A DNA stretch of 61,655 nt, the filler included, from Hausera hauseri (lineage: Eukaryota), in assembly GCA_046269625.1 (NCBI GenBank). It is 10 parts of 10 records of this genome, joined end to end, with 100 filler letters (N's around TTAATTAATTAA, not from the genome) between each part and the next. Parts side by side here need not be neighbours in the genome. Positions count along the whole stretch, not along the records: positions 11,295 to 16,279 come from JBJURY010370260.1; positions 16,380 to 22,676 come from JBJURY010116209.1; positions 22,777 to 27,261 come from JBJURY010558229.1; positions 27,362 to 32,652 come from JBJURY010288837.1; 6 more parts are not named here. One strand, 5' to 3'. Under the pieces are notes generated by a model. It did not search any database and had not been told where the DNA came from. It worked only from the letters and a program-made list of their open reading frames with translations. Numbering within the stretch: the stretch's first letter is position 1; every line of letters starts with the position of its first letter. Below are positions 14,741-27,848 of the stretch, piece after piece. Made by a program: the position numbers and the translations under genes.

Positions 14741-15291
14741 AACATACCTATCCCACTTCTGACACCAATTTAGTTCCGTAAAGTAGATAAAATGAATGCA
14801 AAAGAAAATAAGTCCAAAAGCCTTGATATATTGTAATTAATTTCTTTTTTAAACATTCAAAATGTAATCATTAACAAAATTCAATTTTTTACAATCAATT
14901 AATTTCCATATGAAGAATAAAAATAATAATTAACAGAAAAACGTCCACAGAATGTTTATGAGTGTTCGAAATAATGTTATGGTATAAAATTGGCAGGTCC
15001 ACCTATTGGCAATTGTAATTTCATTTCAATGTCATTATTAACTTTCTTAAGTAGATCACTCCTGCCTGCTAGGAGGGAATGTTGAAGAAGTATGAGATGA
15101 CATCAACATTTCAATTGCCGGATATTGACGAAAATGAAGTAACTGTTGTATCTTTTGTATGGAGTACGATTCACCCCGAATTGGGAGACGAATAAGAGTG
15201 ATTTAATGATCGACAACTGGTACATTCCATTGATGGAATTGTGTCCGTACCCGGCCAAAATGGACCAGGGGCCGCAACGGACGGTGGTCAC

Positions 15292-15396
15292 TGTGGTGCC
15301 CACAGCGGCTGGCGCCCTTTGGTCCATTTGGTTGGACACGGCCGGGCATCCGCTGCCGCCGCGTCGGGCCCATAGGCGGGCCCCGATCTTTCGCCT
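15292..15396 (+). repeat. 105-nt GC-rich retroelement terminal module (TGTGG...TCGCCT), copy 1
   Basis: Alignable by eye with 17245-17350 and with the reverse complement of 33742-33846. Confidence 0.85.
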
Positions 15397-16379
15397 ATAA
15401 ATTTTATTTTACGATGCTTGAATTTGCATCAACAAGGTAAGAACAGTTAACAATTTTCTGCATGTGTTTAAATAATAGCAATGTATTAAGCATAGAAAAT
15501 CATGCAGCAAAGTAAAACATATTACCCGTGTAATGTTATAATTTTATCCCATGTATGGGGAGTAAGAGCTAGCACTTTTTACCATAGCGGTACTCTCTGA
15601 CCATGGAGATAGGGCTCAGTTATTCTTCTCTGGATTTGAACAGCAGATTTAATTCATTTCTAACATGCAGAGTCTATGACTAATTGTAGCATTTTTTAAA
15701 GCAGTGTTAGATATAATATTGGTGACATGTTCCAGCTGGTGTTTGTTTAACCAGAAAGAGACGTTACTAAGGTCATAAAAGATTTGATCATGTTTGTTTG
15801 ATTTGTATAAAATGACCCACCTGAGTGGAAACACGCAGCTGCGCGGATCAGGACAGGCGGGCCGTGTCTTTGTGTTTTCTGCATTCATTTATGAATGCAT
15901 CACTTTTATTTATTTGCTTTTGATTGGGCTCCAGTAGAAGAATAACTCTGATTCTGCCTCTTTATATAACAGATGGTAAAAACAACGGGGGGACCGGCTC
16001 TCGGAGCGTCAGTATCCAGCCCCGCCATGACCACCTCTGCTGTGTCTCTGCTGCAAGACACCCTGACTGATGAGGAACGAGAGCTGTGGACGGCTCTGGG
16101 GTCCAACTGGACACTGTCTCGGTCAGCATCAACAAACCCAGACACATAAAATCAGAGCTTACAGTTTACACTAAACATGACAATGAATCCAGTTTTACTT
16201 TCTTCTTCTGTAACAACACAACAATGAAGTAGAATTAAAATTAGTCAAAAATAACTCTTGCTTATTTAGTTCTTCCTTTNNNNNNNNNNNNNNNNNNNNN
16301 NNNNNNNNNNNNNNNNNNNNNNNTTAATTAATTAANNNNNNNNNNNNNNNNNNNNNNNNNNNNNNNNNNNNNNNNNNNN

Positions 16380-17020
16380 ATTTAATTGCTGAGGCAGACA
16401 TTTTCTCGGCAAGAATGCGTATATTATCAGGCTGAAGACCTAGTTGTTTAAGGATTGAGTTGTTAGTTGGCAGCCAGCTTCCTAAACTGCAGACCACAAA
16501 TGTGGTGACATGTATTTTATCTTCACCTAATCCGAGTTTTGTCCTATACATCGATTTTAGAGGTGTGTATTTTATTACGTTGTGTTTAGCGACAGCCAGG
16601 ATGTTTTCTAATTTGTCGAAGGATAATTTGACATCTGTAATATAGATGTGTTTATCTTTTTGTACTACAATATTAGGCACATAGACTGTACTCTTCCACT
16701 GGTGCCTTTTTTCACGGGCAACGTTAAGTTCTATTGATATTAGAGTTTCTGTAAGTAGTTCTAGGATTTGGTCGTGCCTATAGGTGATTAGTAGTTCATG
16801 ATTCCTACAATTGTTGAGTACATGCGTTTCGCTTTCCTTGTCCGCATGACAGAGGCGACAGAGTCTACTGAGACCTAGCCCTTCCCTAAAGGACCTATGG
16901 TTTAGGGAAAGGAGATTGTTCCTGGCGAGGTAGGCAAATCTCCGGGCGTCAGGGCTGAGAGCAATTGAGGACATCATTATGTTAGAGAATCTGTGTCGTG
17001 CTAAGATATCTGTACACTTA
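16380..17020 (-). mobile_element. C-terminal fragment of an RLE-type (R2/R4/NeSL-like) non-LTR retrotransposon ORF
   Basis: CRLCHADKESETHVLNNC (CCHC) followed by RHDQI, P(N)IVV, DVK and KY motifs of the restriction-like endonuclease; the PD motif reads PN. Confidence 0.88.
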
Positions 17021-17244
17021 CCTTGATGCGTCGACTGTGGCCCTCTGGCCCATTAGGTTGTGCACATTCTGTACATTCACAACAGCCGTTGCATTTTTTA
17101 AAATATTTAAAACAATATGTCAATTCAACATCTGATGATAAAATGTTTACATTAACCAGTGAATTTTGTCGCTATGCGTATGATGATTATGCCCTTTGAA
17201 TGGGTAAATATTAAACATTGACATTTGGTGTATATATAACATAC

Positions 17245-17350
17245 TGTGGTGCCTGCGTCGACTGTTGCCCTCTGGCCCATTCGGTTGTGCACAGCCGGGT
17301 TTACCGCTCCCGACGCGTCGGGCACATAGACGGGTCCCGATTTTTCGCCT
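17245..17350 (+). repeat. 105-nt GC-rich retroelement terminal module, copy 2 (partial copy also at 17027-17066)
   Basis: TGTGGTGCCTGCGTCGAC...CCCGATTTTTCGCCT; same start and end as the other copies. Confidence 0.85.
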
Positions 17351-17699
17351 GGAAAATGAATTGGTGGCCAAGAATGGCGTTACCAAGTTTACAGTAACCA
17401 AACTTAAATTGAATGACATTATTTATGATAATTCTAGCGTAGAAAATATTCATTTTAGGATATCAAATGTGACATCCATTCAGTTTATTTACAAGGGCGC
17501 AAGTCCTGAACCACTCCGGCTTAGATGAAATCGAAACAAAATTCTGAAATTTTAATGAAAAAATTTAATTGTCTGTTTTCTCTCTATGGTCCAGAAGGTC
17601 TTTGACACAACAAAGTCTTCTTGCAATTTTGAACCCAAAGCAAAACACCTCTGATGAACTGTGATGTTTACATTGAATTCTTATGCTTTTAGATTGAAC

Positions 17700-18120
17700 G
17701 TTCAACAGCCGATTTATATTAGGTACAGCAACATAGTGAAAATGATTATCATTCTATAAAATCAAGAAGTTAACTGCAGTACTATTCGGATTTTTGCTTC
17801 TATATGAAATATAAACTAATGGATTTTACCATTTTCTCATCAAATTCAACATCATCCTCATTAAGCAAAAAGACATTAATTGACAACTGTGGATTCTGTC
17901 TCTGAAATTTGCCTATGTTACATATTTTCATTGGCATATTTAAAGAATATTTAAGCTCGGTTAAATAAGGAATGTAATTCCCAACGTTACACCTATTAAT
18001 GTCAATAAAAGAATACTTGGTGACTGCAAGAATGGAGTATAAGAAGCACAAATTGTCGTCATTCTGTACATTCACAACAGCCATATCATTTTTTAAAGTG
18101 TCAGGTGTTGGAAAACTTTT
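17700..18120 (-). pseudogene. Second copy of a Polinton pPolB N-terminal segment
   Basis: VVNVQNDDNLCFLYSILA...LSINVF is homologous to the segment at ~20150-20570. Confidence 0.75.
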
Positions 18121-18122
18121 AT

Positions 18123-21100
18123 TTATACAACATATACAAATAAATCGAAATAATTACAATTAAATACAATAATGTCTGTAATCAACTGATTTGTTTTTCT
18201 CAATCCACTGTCGTTTTCATCGAATGGATTCAATGCTTTCTTTTTTGTGATGATCGGCATAAGTTGATGGTTTTTAGTCCCGATTCGTTCCTGGTCCACG
18301 ATAGTTCCACAACCGGATTCATAAGCCTGTAAATAGCTGTCAAATTGCAAGTCTGTCTGCTTGAGATTTACGCCCTTGCATTTGAGAACTGGTTTGCATT
18401 GGGTTTTGAGGGCATAAGATTTCGGCCGTAGAAAAATCCCCTCTTCATACTGAACGCAGCCCTTACATTCGTCTTTAAATTTCCCAATTACAGCTGCGAA
18501 GCGAGTCGAGTAGAGCGGATCACTCTTGTCGTACTTCGATGTATCTAGCTGTTCATTAGCTATCATTGCTCGTAACAGTTGTGATTTTAAGTCAACACCG
18601 CGACACTCAAGGAAGAAACTGTCAGTGTCACCAGCAACAACATTAAGTTCGCAATTAAACTGGTGCTAGAGGCAGTTAGTCCAACTTATCACGTTTGTCA
18701 GCTGGAATGCTTAAGTCAACTTCAAAGACTAAGCCTCTTTTTTCCTTAACACAGTCAATGTAGGGTAATTGTTGGATCAGACTAGTCAAGACGTCCTCAT
18801 CGTAATTCCAAGTCAGATTCGCAAATGGCAGAGATTGTTATAAAACCCAACCGTACAAATTATTTACATCTATGTACAGGAGACTGGTGTTTTCATCAGC
18901 GGTAACCCTGTGCTTATTTACAAAAGTCATACCGCCGCGAATACCTGATTGAAAGAAATTGTACATCTCAGGATCCTGAATGAGCTCAATCTTCAGTAAC
19001 TGGATTTCAGTGCAGTTGTCCAAGATAAACCGGGAACTGAAAGGAAATTAATCGCCTCTGAACCATCCTGTAACTTAACCTCCTTTCTAAACATTTCAAA
19101 GACCGCCTAACAAGTATACGTCGATCCTCATGTATACCAACATAAAATTTAAAAGTCAAATAGAACAGCATTTTAACCAACCCGTTTGTGCTTCCTGATA
19201 ATCACTATCCAATTTCGATGGCAACTCCTTAATAGACTGCAAGTCACTGAACGATTTGGCTGCAGTATATGGAAAAATACCTTTTCAATTAATAATGTCA
19301 GAAGAAAAATCTGACTCAGTCAAAGGATAACTATCTAAGTTGGAAGCCAAAGTCTTCAGTGAAGCCGGTAGAAACTGGAACAAATCCAGAAACCGAATAG
19401 ATACTGACTTTTTAGCTGAACAGCGTATTATTGCCTGTATTGTTAAAATCTTTTTAGTTGTTTGCGGAATAACATTTAATTTCCAACTTCCAAATTTACT
19501 TAATGCGTGTTTTAAGATATGATGAAGATCATATCCACGCCAATTATGGAAAATAGCAGGTAAAGTATCCCTAATCTTACAAGCAAAGTTACACCGATTG
19601 CATGCTGCGCCTAAATTTTTACCTGTAACATGAGTGATCCCGAACAAATGTGCCCTTTTCATGGCATAAGTAACATGATGTTGCATTTTTGAAAAGATAC
19701 TATTCAGCTAGTGTTAATGGGATCATTGGCTTTTTGTCATTTTCATACCATGGGAAAACAAGCTTTTTGACGATTTCCTCTAAACAAGCCAGAAACTCAA
19801 CTATACAATTTTCACCAACAAATTGTCTATATTCAATACCTGTTGGCGAAACTAACAAGAGGCCGGCTGCAGCAGGCAAATGAATATACTTGACTTTATC
19901 ATCAAGACACAGAACAGATTCAAAGTCGGCATATACGACAAAAGGAAGACGTATTGATTTGGTGCAGTCCTTAAACTCACAAAACTTATTTTCGGACATT
20001 TTGTACAATGTCATACACTTGGCAGAAGAATCGCACATAGGCAAATGCTAAAAATATCCCGTGTCATACCTAAATCCATGCAAACATTTTTCACACCAAT
20101 GTTTACATTGAATGCGGAATTTTTACCATCTATATTTAATAGTCGTTTAAGTTTGGGTACAGGAACATATTGAAAGTGATCAGCATTCTCCAAAATCAGA
20201 AAATTCACTACAGTACCATTCGGATTTTTGCTACGGTACAAAATATCGACGAATGGACTTTTTACTATGTCCTTGTTAAAATCCATATCATCCTCCTCAT
20301 GGAACAAAAAGACATTAATTGACAACTGAGAATTCTCCCTCTCAAATTTGCCTATATTGAGTATTTTCATAGGCATGCCATGCAAAGAATACTTCAACTC
20401 GCTTAAATAAGGAATGTAATTTCAAACTTTGTTCCTATTCCTATAATGATCAAAGAGAGAATACTTGGTCACTGCAAGTATAGAGTACAGAAAACACAAG
20501 TTATCATCATTTTGCACGTTAATAACGGTCGTTGCATTTCGTAAGGCTTCAGGTATTGGAATATAGGACTTACCAGACAAGTATGGTAGTGGGCTAGTTT
20601 TGTCTATATGAAAGCAGTATTTCAGAATCTGAACTATTTTTCAACTACTACCCATTTCAGCAAAATTCTCTATTTTCTGTAAACTATCGACTATAGATTT
20701 TGAAAAGATTGCTCATAAGGCACGGCTCGATGAGAAATATAAGCTTCCTTAACGTCACCCTCAGCATTCTCAAGTACCATTTCTATATCATATTAAACCT
20801 TACAAGAAGAAAGTCGAGACTCATACAAGTCCAAAGTAGTCAGAATCTCTTCAGGTGGTCTAGTAGAAATAAGAAGGTCGGGCGCAACATCAAAACAAAG
20901 ATTAACATATTGTGAACAGCACATTTTTTATTGAGTCTGATCTTTTTACAGTCCTTTTAGTTAAACAGAATGATCAAGTTTTTGTTTCTTGGCAGTCTTC
21001 TTATTTTCTTTTATTGTCAGCTTAACCGGTTGCTGTTGTTGATGGGATGATGTTGGCAATTGTTGGTCTGCTACGAATTGTTTGGCAATGTTTATCATAT

Positions 21101-21273
21101 CTTTTTGTTCTTGAACAATTTTTTTTTCTGTTTCTTGAAGTATGAGATGATGTTGATGTTGTTGTCGAAAGGCATTGAATTCCAAGCTGGAAATCACTTC
21201 GCAGTTTGGGCATATGTAAAATTGACAGCCGTCGATTTTTGCGCCATAGTATTTTTGCATAGTTTCTTCGCAT
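18123..21273 (-). pseudogene. Polinton/Maverick protein-primed DNA polymerase B, frameshifted
   Basis: In order: PFVVYADFES (ExoI), FHNWRGYDLHHI (ExoII), FLDLFQFL, GIRGG, YIDVNNLYGW, GDTDSFF (~18610-18635), IGKFKDE, LRPKSY, KCKGV. Confidence 0.9.
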
Positions 21274-21426
21274 GATTCTGGTGAATGAACGTCACTGGTA
21301 CAATAATTGAAGTTGAAAGTCTATACATTGATATTAGAATAAAAAGAATTAAAAATAAAAATATACCATTTTGTCAAGTAGAAAAATGTTTCAAAAATAA
21401 TATCAGCCCTTTATTTATAGTAATAA

Positions 21427-21479
21427 TCAGCCAATCAAATTTCAACCAATCAAATTTCAGCCAATCAAATTTCAACCAA
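21427..21479. promoter_or_regulatory. 15-bp tandem repeat (x3.5) containing CCAAT boxes upstream of the Polinton polB region
   Basis: TCARCCAATCAAATT repeated; regulatory role inferred. Confidence 0.5.
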
Positions 21480-22776
21480 ATAAATTGCATGGAATAAGTG
21501 GATTAAAATAACTTATTTAAGTGTTGTAATACTTCGTGATACAAGAAACTTCAAACACCAACTGAAAACAAAGAACTTATATTAAACTGAAATGTGATAA
21601 ACAAAACAACATAAATATCAAGTAACATTTTCAATTGGTATTTAAAGTATTACTTATATGTAAAAGTAAATGTAACAAGATATAAAGACATTTATTATAC
21701 AGCAACAGATTAAATATCTTCTGCATCACCCGAATCCAACCAAGTTTCCAGACCAACTTTTCCTAAATTAGAAATTAATGGTAAATATAGAATGTAATAT
21801 GTGTAATATATGTAAAATGTATGTAACAATAATATGTATATATTTATATCTAACGTTAAACGTATTTTTGTCTAAGATCATTGCTAAGAATATTGTTACA
21901 TTTTTGCTCAAGTTGAAAATTTGTCATCTATACACAAACATATTTTCAACCAGTGACTTTACAATTACAGTGCTTGTTCATTAAATTATCTTTATTAAGT
22001 AAATTACATGCATCACGGAGTCAATAAAAAGATATAAAAATGTGCTTCTATCATGTTATCATTATTTTTTTAACGAGTGTTAATATTAGTTCGTACGTTA
22101 GATTTGATTGTTTTGCAGTACGAATATATCATGCATAGAAAAATGTATTGTCTAGTTTTGTGTCTCGAACACCAAAGGTGGTGGAACATTAGTTACAAAC
22201 ATGTGTAAAATTACTTGGAATTAGACAATCCAAACACTATTTCAAATGAAAGTCTAATGAAAGGACATGGAAAGATCTAGTCACTGAAAGGACTCGGACA
22301 AATGGAAACGTAAATGGATACGACATGCATTTGGACAGAGAGCAGAGTAAAGTGACAAGGCATGTTGTACGGAACAGATACGGAGGGGAACAAGCTGGTG
22401 GAGATTAATGACAAACTGAAGAAAATTAGTACAAGTTTGTCATGGGAGAAAGTAAAAATAAATAACCTGTATCCGGATGAATGGAGATCTTTAATAATGG
22501 CCCTATGTTCTGCCAAAGGAATTAACAGGATATTATAGTGATGGTAGTGAAAAACATTCTCATTTCTTTATATATTCGATTATGACAATCGGCAAAAAAC
22601 AACAATTACAATTACAAATGAAACGCTGCGATTACGGTAATGAAATTAAACTGAGATTTGCAATAGCAAATCAAAANNNNNNNNNNNNNNNNNNNNNNNN
22701 NNNNNNNNNNNNNNNNNNNNTTAATTAATTAANNNNNNNNNNNNNNNNNNNNNNNNNNNNNNNNNNNNNNNNNNNN

Positions 22777-23655
22777 ATTGCCAGTCATGACACAACCGCG
22801 ACAAGAAGTGGCCTCTTTCTTGCAAGACTCCCTGTCATCAGATAATGCCTACATACCAAGAGTTGATTGAAGAGAACTTATCAAATTGTACACACTAATT
22901 CTTGATGCACTACATGTCGCCAAACAGTGCATCTTTGTAAAACGTAGTTGAATCTTCGAGTATGTTGTAAATCACGAGTTCTGTCCGTTGCAATGGGTAA
23001 CAGGCATTTTGTGTTTCCAAGCCCAATCAATGTTCCATTGAGCACTAATGGTTCTACCTTTACACGACGTACGTATAATCGTGCCTCGGTAATTTTCAGT
23101 ATGGGTTTCAGATTTGCAATTGCAGTTTTCAAACAAAAGACACTGTCGTTGCGTTTGAACCGAATCATGGTTCTAACATCGGACAGTAGGTATTTCGGCT
23201 GATCGAGAAGTCAAAGTACAGCATTCCACACATTGTAAGCGCTTTTGATTCTGCTACGTATGGCTGACGGTTTGCTGCAATGGCGTCGTATTCGATGGTT
23301 TTCGTCAAATGAGTCGTTTTCGTTTTTGCACTGTAATTCAGATCGTTTTAATGAGTGCTTCGATACTGTACAGACTGGTGTTGCCTTCGATTTTGACGCT
23401 GTTTATAGTCAGCGAAGCCTCTTGGAACAGTGACAGGAAAAGGCAATTGATCGCAGCGACGACCGTTGATGCACCTTTTTTAACAATGACTTTTGTATCG
23501 TTCAAATCGAGATATTCATTATTCGATGCCATAATGTTGAACTGAATGTCAACATTATTGTCCGTTAAAAGAGAATCAGCGAGGTACATTTCTGCAAATT
23601 CCGCATTGTCAATAACACAATTGTAAATATACAATTTAGATTTTGCAGATGCCAT
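22777..23655 (-). pseudogene. Polinton/adintovirus-like major capsid protein (double jelly-roll), disrupted
   Basis: IQFNI..NEYLDLNDT..SLFQEASLTINS..YSIEALIKTI and LKITEARLYVRRVKV resemble Polinton capsid motifs; position next to penton and integrase. Confidence 0.75.
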
Positions 23656-23814
23656 TTGCCTATCAATCGAAAATCGTGCGACAACGACGTTTGTTTACAG
23701 TTGAAAAGCTAGTTGATCTACAACATTTTCTCAAGCCGCTACCAGCGAATTGTTTTTTGACTCATTCAACGACTACCGGTGCAGCGCTTTTTATTTCTGT
23801 CAAGGTGTGTTCCT

Positions 23815-24018
23815 TCAGTAATGGTAAAATCGATTTGCATTCATATAGTACATCCTGTGCTGTTTTGCTGCCACGTCTCCTATACGCTTCAACACCGGAA
23901 ATGGTAAACGTGCCAATGTACACAACCATTCAGAGACATATTGTTTACCAACGACATGCGGCAGTTCACCGCCCTGCTGAGGTTTACTGTAAATGGAAAC
24001 GATTTCAGAATCAATCAT
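23815..24018 (-). CDS. Small Polinton protein with QxGG motif (putative core protein)
   Basis: QQGGELPHVVGKQY; lies between penton and major capsid genes. Confidence 0.45.
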   Translation of the reverse strand: MIDSEIVSIYSKPQQGGELPHVVGKQYVSEWLCTLARLPFPVLKRIGDVAAKQHRMYYMNANRFYHY

Positions 24019-24019
24019 G

Positions 24020-24981
24020 TTGGTTCGACGGAAATCAAGAGTTAGAGTGGTTGTGGCACCTTACAGAAATTCTAATATTGACATCAACATTGTTTATAGA
24101 TGTAGTTACCACAGCCAGGTACATTGGATTATCGAGCTTGACAGGGACATTGTCACCAGCAATATACTTGCTACTTTCCGGATAAATTACACGGAGTAGC
24201 GGTACACGTACTCCACCAACCAAAATCGGTTCGTGACGTTCACGTAAATGTACATTTGACTTAGGCCAGTTTTTATTTTGGGTTTAAGTGTTGTAACATG
24301 TGCCGTTTTCGTATTTGATGCCTCAAACTGATGTTTTTCAAAACCCAATACCATAGCAAAAGCTTTGTCCAATGAAATGTCGACAATCTGATTCAAAAAC
24401 TTTACATATTTCCTTGCACTTTTGATTTTAAAAGTATTGACAGGCATGTGATACAGAATCGATATGTATGATGTTGACACCCTTTGTTCTGTGTAGGTAA
24501 ATTTCACCGTTGTCTGGTAATGTACAGGACTTAATCTTGAAGCAACTGCATATGCACTTTTAATATCTCTACCTTTGTACTCTGTATTTTTGAATCCAAA
24601 TTTCTGCGCCATCTCAGAGGACATAAAGGTAACAGAAAATTCAAAATCTGTCTAAAATCTAAAATAAAAGCACCGATTTTGCCGAGTGGACCGTAATTTG
24701 CTTCGGTCGTACAAGTGGCCGATTTTCCAACTGTTATTTTATTGTTAGTAAGTGTCAGAGGGCAAGAATGTGTTTTTGGTTTTAGTAACAGTCTTGTACG
24801 TTATTTTCACACTATCTTTCAACGTCACCGGTGCATAGGGAAAATTAAATTTTGTCAGTGCAACCTCCCATCGGGCGGAAAAATCTAACGGATTGTCCTA
24901 ATCCACAATGTATTAACTGGCTCAACTGTTCGGTCGAATAGTCGGACAACTATTACTCGGTAACACTATGTAAAGACTCAT
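24020..24981 (-). pseudogene. Polinton minor capsid (penton) copy 1
   Basis: MSLYIVLPSNS..PLDFSARWEVALTKF N-terminus; MYIYVNV..VGGVRVPLLRVI..PMYLAV..INNVDVNI C-terminus. Confidence 0.8.
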
Positions 24982-25023
24982 GATCTCGACGACAATGATG
25001 ATAGTGATGGAGCAGTTTCTTTA

Positions 25024-26036
25024 TTATCGACGACGAAAATGTAGCATCAAATGTGTCTTGGTTTCAAACAGAAATTTAATTGGTTTCCAAAATTCGTCTA
25101 CTATATACACGGAAATATTGTGCACAAAATTGTGAAACAACGATAAATACATAGGCTGGATGATTTTTACATGAGCAGTTTCGCCCGGTGTTTTGTGCGT
25201 GTCCGAATCCAGTCCAATAGAAGGCAATAATTCTTTACAGTCTCTACTAACATATACGGATTAGGTTAGATCCATTAAAATATTGATTCGATGAAATGCT
25301 TCGTAGAGACATGCTTTGTGTTTAACAATAATGGGCCGTCCTCCGCCGGTTTGACCGAATTCTCGTTTCTTAAAATCCAGATTAAGTGCCAATAGTTCAT
25401 CAAATGCAAAATATTTAATATTATCATGTAGTGTAAACGACTATCAGAGTTTAATTCAAATGTCTGGAAAGCCAATTTAGCTAATGCCAAATGGTTTCAC
25501 ACAAGTCTGTTTCCTGTTGTATGACAGTAAAAGAATGATTTAGTCTTTTGGCAGTTCACTATAATATCGGTGATTTTAATGGTGTTCATTTTTTCACTAG
25601 TTATACTATGTTCATCGAGCTGTAGAACTCTTGAGCACATATTGTCAGATTGAAAGCCCCATGCCTGAACGTTGGCCAGCAATTTAAATCACAATTAAAT
25701 TGGACGTTTGTGTTTTAATACCCATCCATTGTTTAAATGAAAAATATAAACCGGCAAATATTGCCGCTTGTAATTGCGAATGTGAAATCCTTTAGAGTCT
25801 CGGACTAACTTCAAAAGACTAGATAAAGGAGATTATCTTAGTAGAGTACAGTATATTCCACTGTTCTCACGTATTGTTATTGGTGAAAATGTAAATGTGA
25901 ATTCCACCAAAGCCACTTCACAGGATTCCTGGGGTAAGTCGAGCGGCTGGTCCAACGCCATGGTAAACCGTTCATTGGTACTGCTGTTGTCATGTTCTGA
26001 TAATCTGTTACTATCAAGTACAAAATAAATGCTCAA
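25024..26036 (-). pseudogene. Polinton minor capsid (penton) copy 2
   Basis: SIYFVLDSN..FTMALDQPLDLPQESCEVALVEFTF; PMYLSL..ISVYIVDEFWKPIKF..LMLHFRRR. Confidence 0.78.
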
Positions 26037-26930
26037 GTCAATATGCGATGCAAATATCCAATTCGGTGTAGTATGTCCGTGCCACTTGACGAGATATCGT
26101 TTATTCGAATCTTTGCAACGTGAACGTAGAATTTCTTGAATACGAAACACATCAGGTTTTCCGGCAGTACTTGCAGTTCCTGTTCGTAAAATTTGCCACG
26201 TAATTCGTCACCATTTTCATCTTCTAAAACGTGCAAAACATGTGTTTGTTTTGTGTTGATTGATGAAATTCGGAAAACCTCATCGCTCTAGTTCTGATTG
26301 AAATTCTTAATGAATGGTGTTGTACTCAGCCTTGAAATACGTACATAACCACCGATTTTATACTTGGGAGGTTTAATTGGTCGTCGTCATCGTCATTGTG
26401 TTCAGTTTTGGTAAAACCACATGTTAAAATCATCGATTACATCCACTGGCCGTAATCCATTGATGCCACAATGTGTCCAATGATTGTATGCATGGGTAAT
26501 ATCCGGCAGTACATCTACCCAACATTTATTGTCTTGCTTCGTAAAGAATTTGTTTAGGCGACTGCGCAATGTTCGATTAAATCGTTCAACGACTGCAGCC
26601 TTGTATTGTGAAAACACTGAGTAGTGGTTTACACCGAATTGCCTCCAAACCAATGTGACATGGGAGTTGTAAAATTCTTCACCCAAATCCGTTTGTACAT
26701 GTTTCAGTGGTTGTTGTTCAATTAACCTGTGAATAGCGTCGGCAATCTCTTTACCGGATTTGGATTTGACGGCAATTGCACGTGCAAAACGACTAAACAC
26801 ATCAATACATGTCAGCACATGCCGATACCTATCGTTGATGCTAGCGTACAGAATCATTTCCATTACATCTGCAGCACGGTATGCACGAGTGAGCAACGTC
26901 TTCTTATCGGTTTGTTTAAGCTGTATTGCT
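26037..26930 (-). pseudogene. Polinton retroviral-like integrase with C-terminal chromodomain
   Basis: LTCIDVFSRFA, VQTDLGEEF, AAVVERFNRTLR (DDE core); GKFYEQELQ; FRIQEILRSR..YLVKWHGH..WI chromodomain. Confidence 0.92.
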
Positions 26931-26989
26931 AACTGTTTCCCCAGTCAGTGTTGGGTTTGTTGCCGACTGTTTGACAGTCTTTGCCAGTT

Positions 26990-27261
26990 TGTCGACGCCA
27001 GTATACCCGACGGGATGACGCTTTTATTATTGCGTCCAGGTCCTGTTTGTCAACTACCCTTTCGAATGAACCGTACGGCAAGGTTTGCAAAAGCGCCCAG
27101 CCGTACAGTTTATTAATGTCGATATACAACAGTGATGCGGTATCATCACTGGTTACGTGATCTTGTTGACAAATGTCATGCCATCACGAATACCAACATC
27201 AAACATTCGGTACATTTCCGGGTCTTGCAATAGCTCGATATCCCGATCCAGTGATATCAGA
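26990..27261 (-). pseudogene. Polinton pPolB fragment
   Basis: IELLQDPEMYRMFDVGIRDGMTFV..YIDINKLYGWALLQTLPYGSF; paralogous to 18838-19023. Confidence 0.85.
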
Positions 27262-27848
27262 NNNNNNNNNNNNNNNNNNNNNNNNNNNNNNNNNNNNNNN
27301 NNNNNTTAATTAATTAANNNNNNNNNNNNNNNNNNNNNNNNNNNNNNNNNNNNNNNNNNNNGTTTGGATATTTTTTATGACAATTTTGGACTCATCTTTA
27401 GTGTAAACTGTTAATATTAAACCGCATTATTTCAGCAGTTGTGAATACAGTTATAATTTAGAATGAAATAATAAATATTGAACAATAATTGATAATGTTT
27501 TTGAATTGTTAATAAAAAGTATAGTTCAGCGGCTTTTTGGATTTAATCTCTGAGATTTAAGTATGCATCAAAGTCACCAATGTCCAACCTGCCATCATCT
27601 CACGATCTAAATCGGGAACTTCATTGGCTATCTGGTACCTTTGATAATGTTTTTAGTAGGAGTTTTATGTTTGCACACCGGCACTGTCAGTCTTCCATTC
27701 CTCTTTGATTGGAAGATCGATGAAACGTATTTTCCTAATTTGGGATTTTCCCATATGTAAGTATTTTCATATACTTCTCTCTTTGGGGTGATTATGATGT
27801 AAAATACTGCTTCTTTTATTTTCCCATGACTGCAATGTTCGGTTGTGA

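Noticed and set aside
16067-16100. Hammerhead ribozyme at CTGATGA (also near 17651)
   Set aside because: No properly placed stem II plus GAAA core
17245-17350. GC-rich module as an HDV-like ribozyme, tRNA or 7SL
   Set aside because: Could not build the double pseudoknot, cloverleaf or Alu-domain consensus; its position after a PPT favours a retroelement terminus
22677-22776. One contiguous Polinton from 17.7 to 27.3 kb
   Set aside because: The halves are separated by an artificial spacer and each has its own overlapping polB segment
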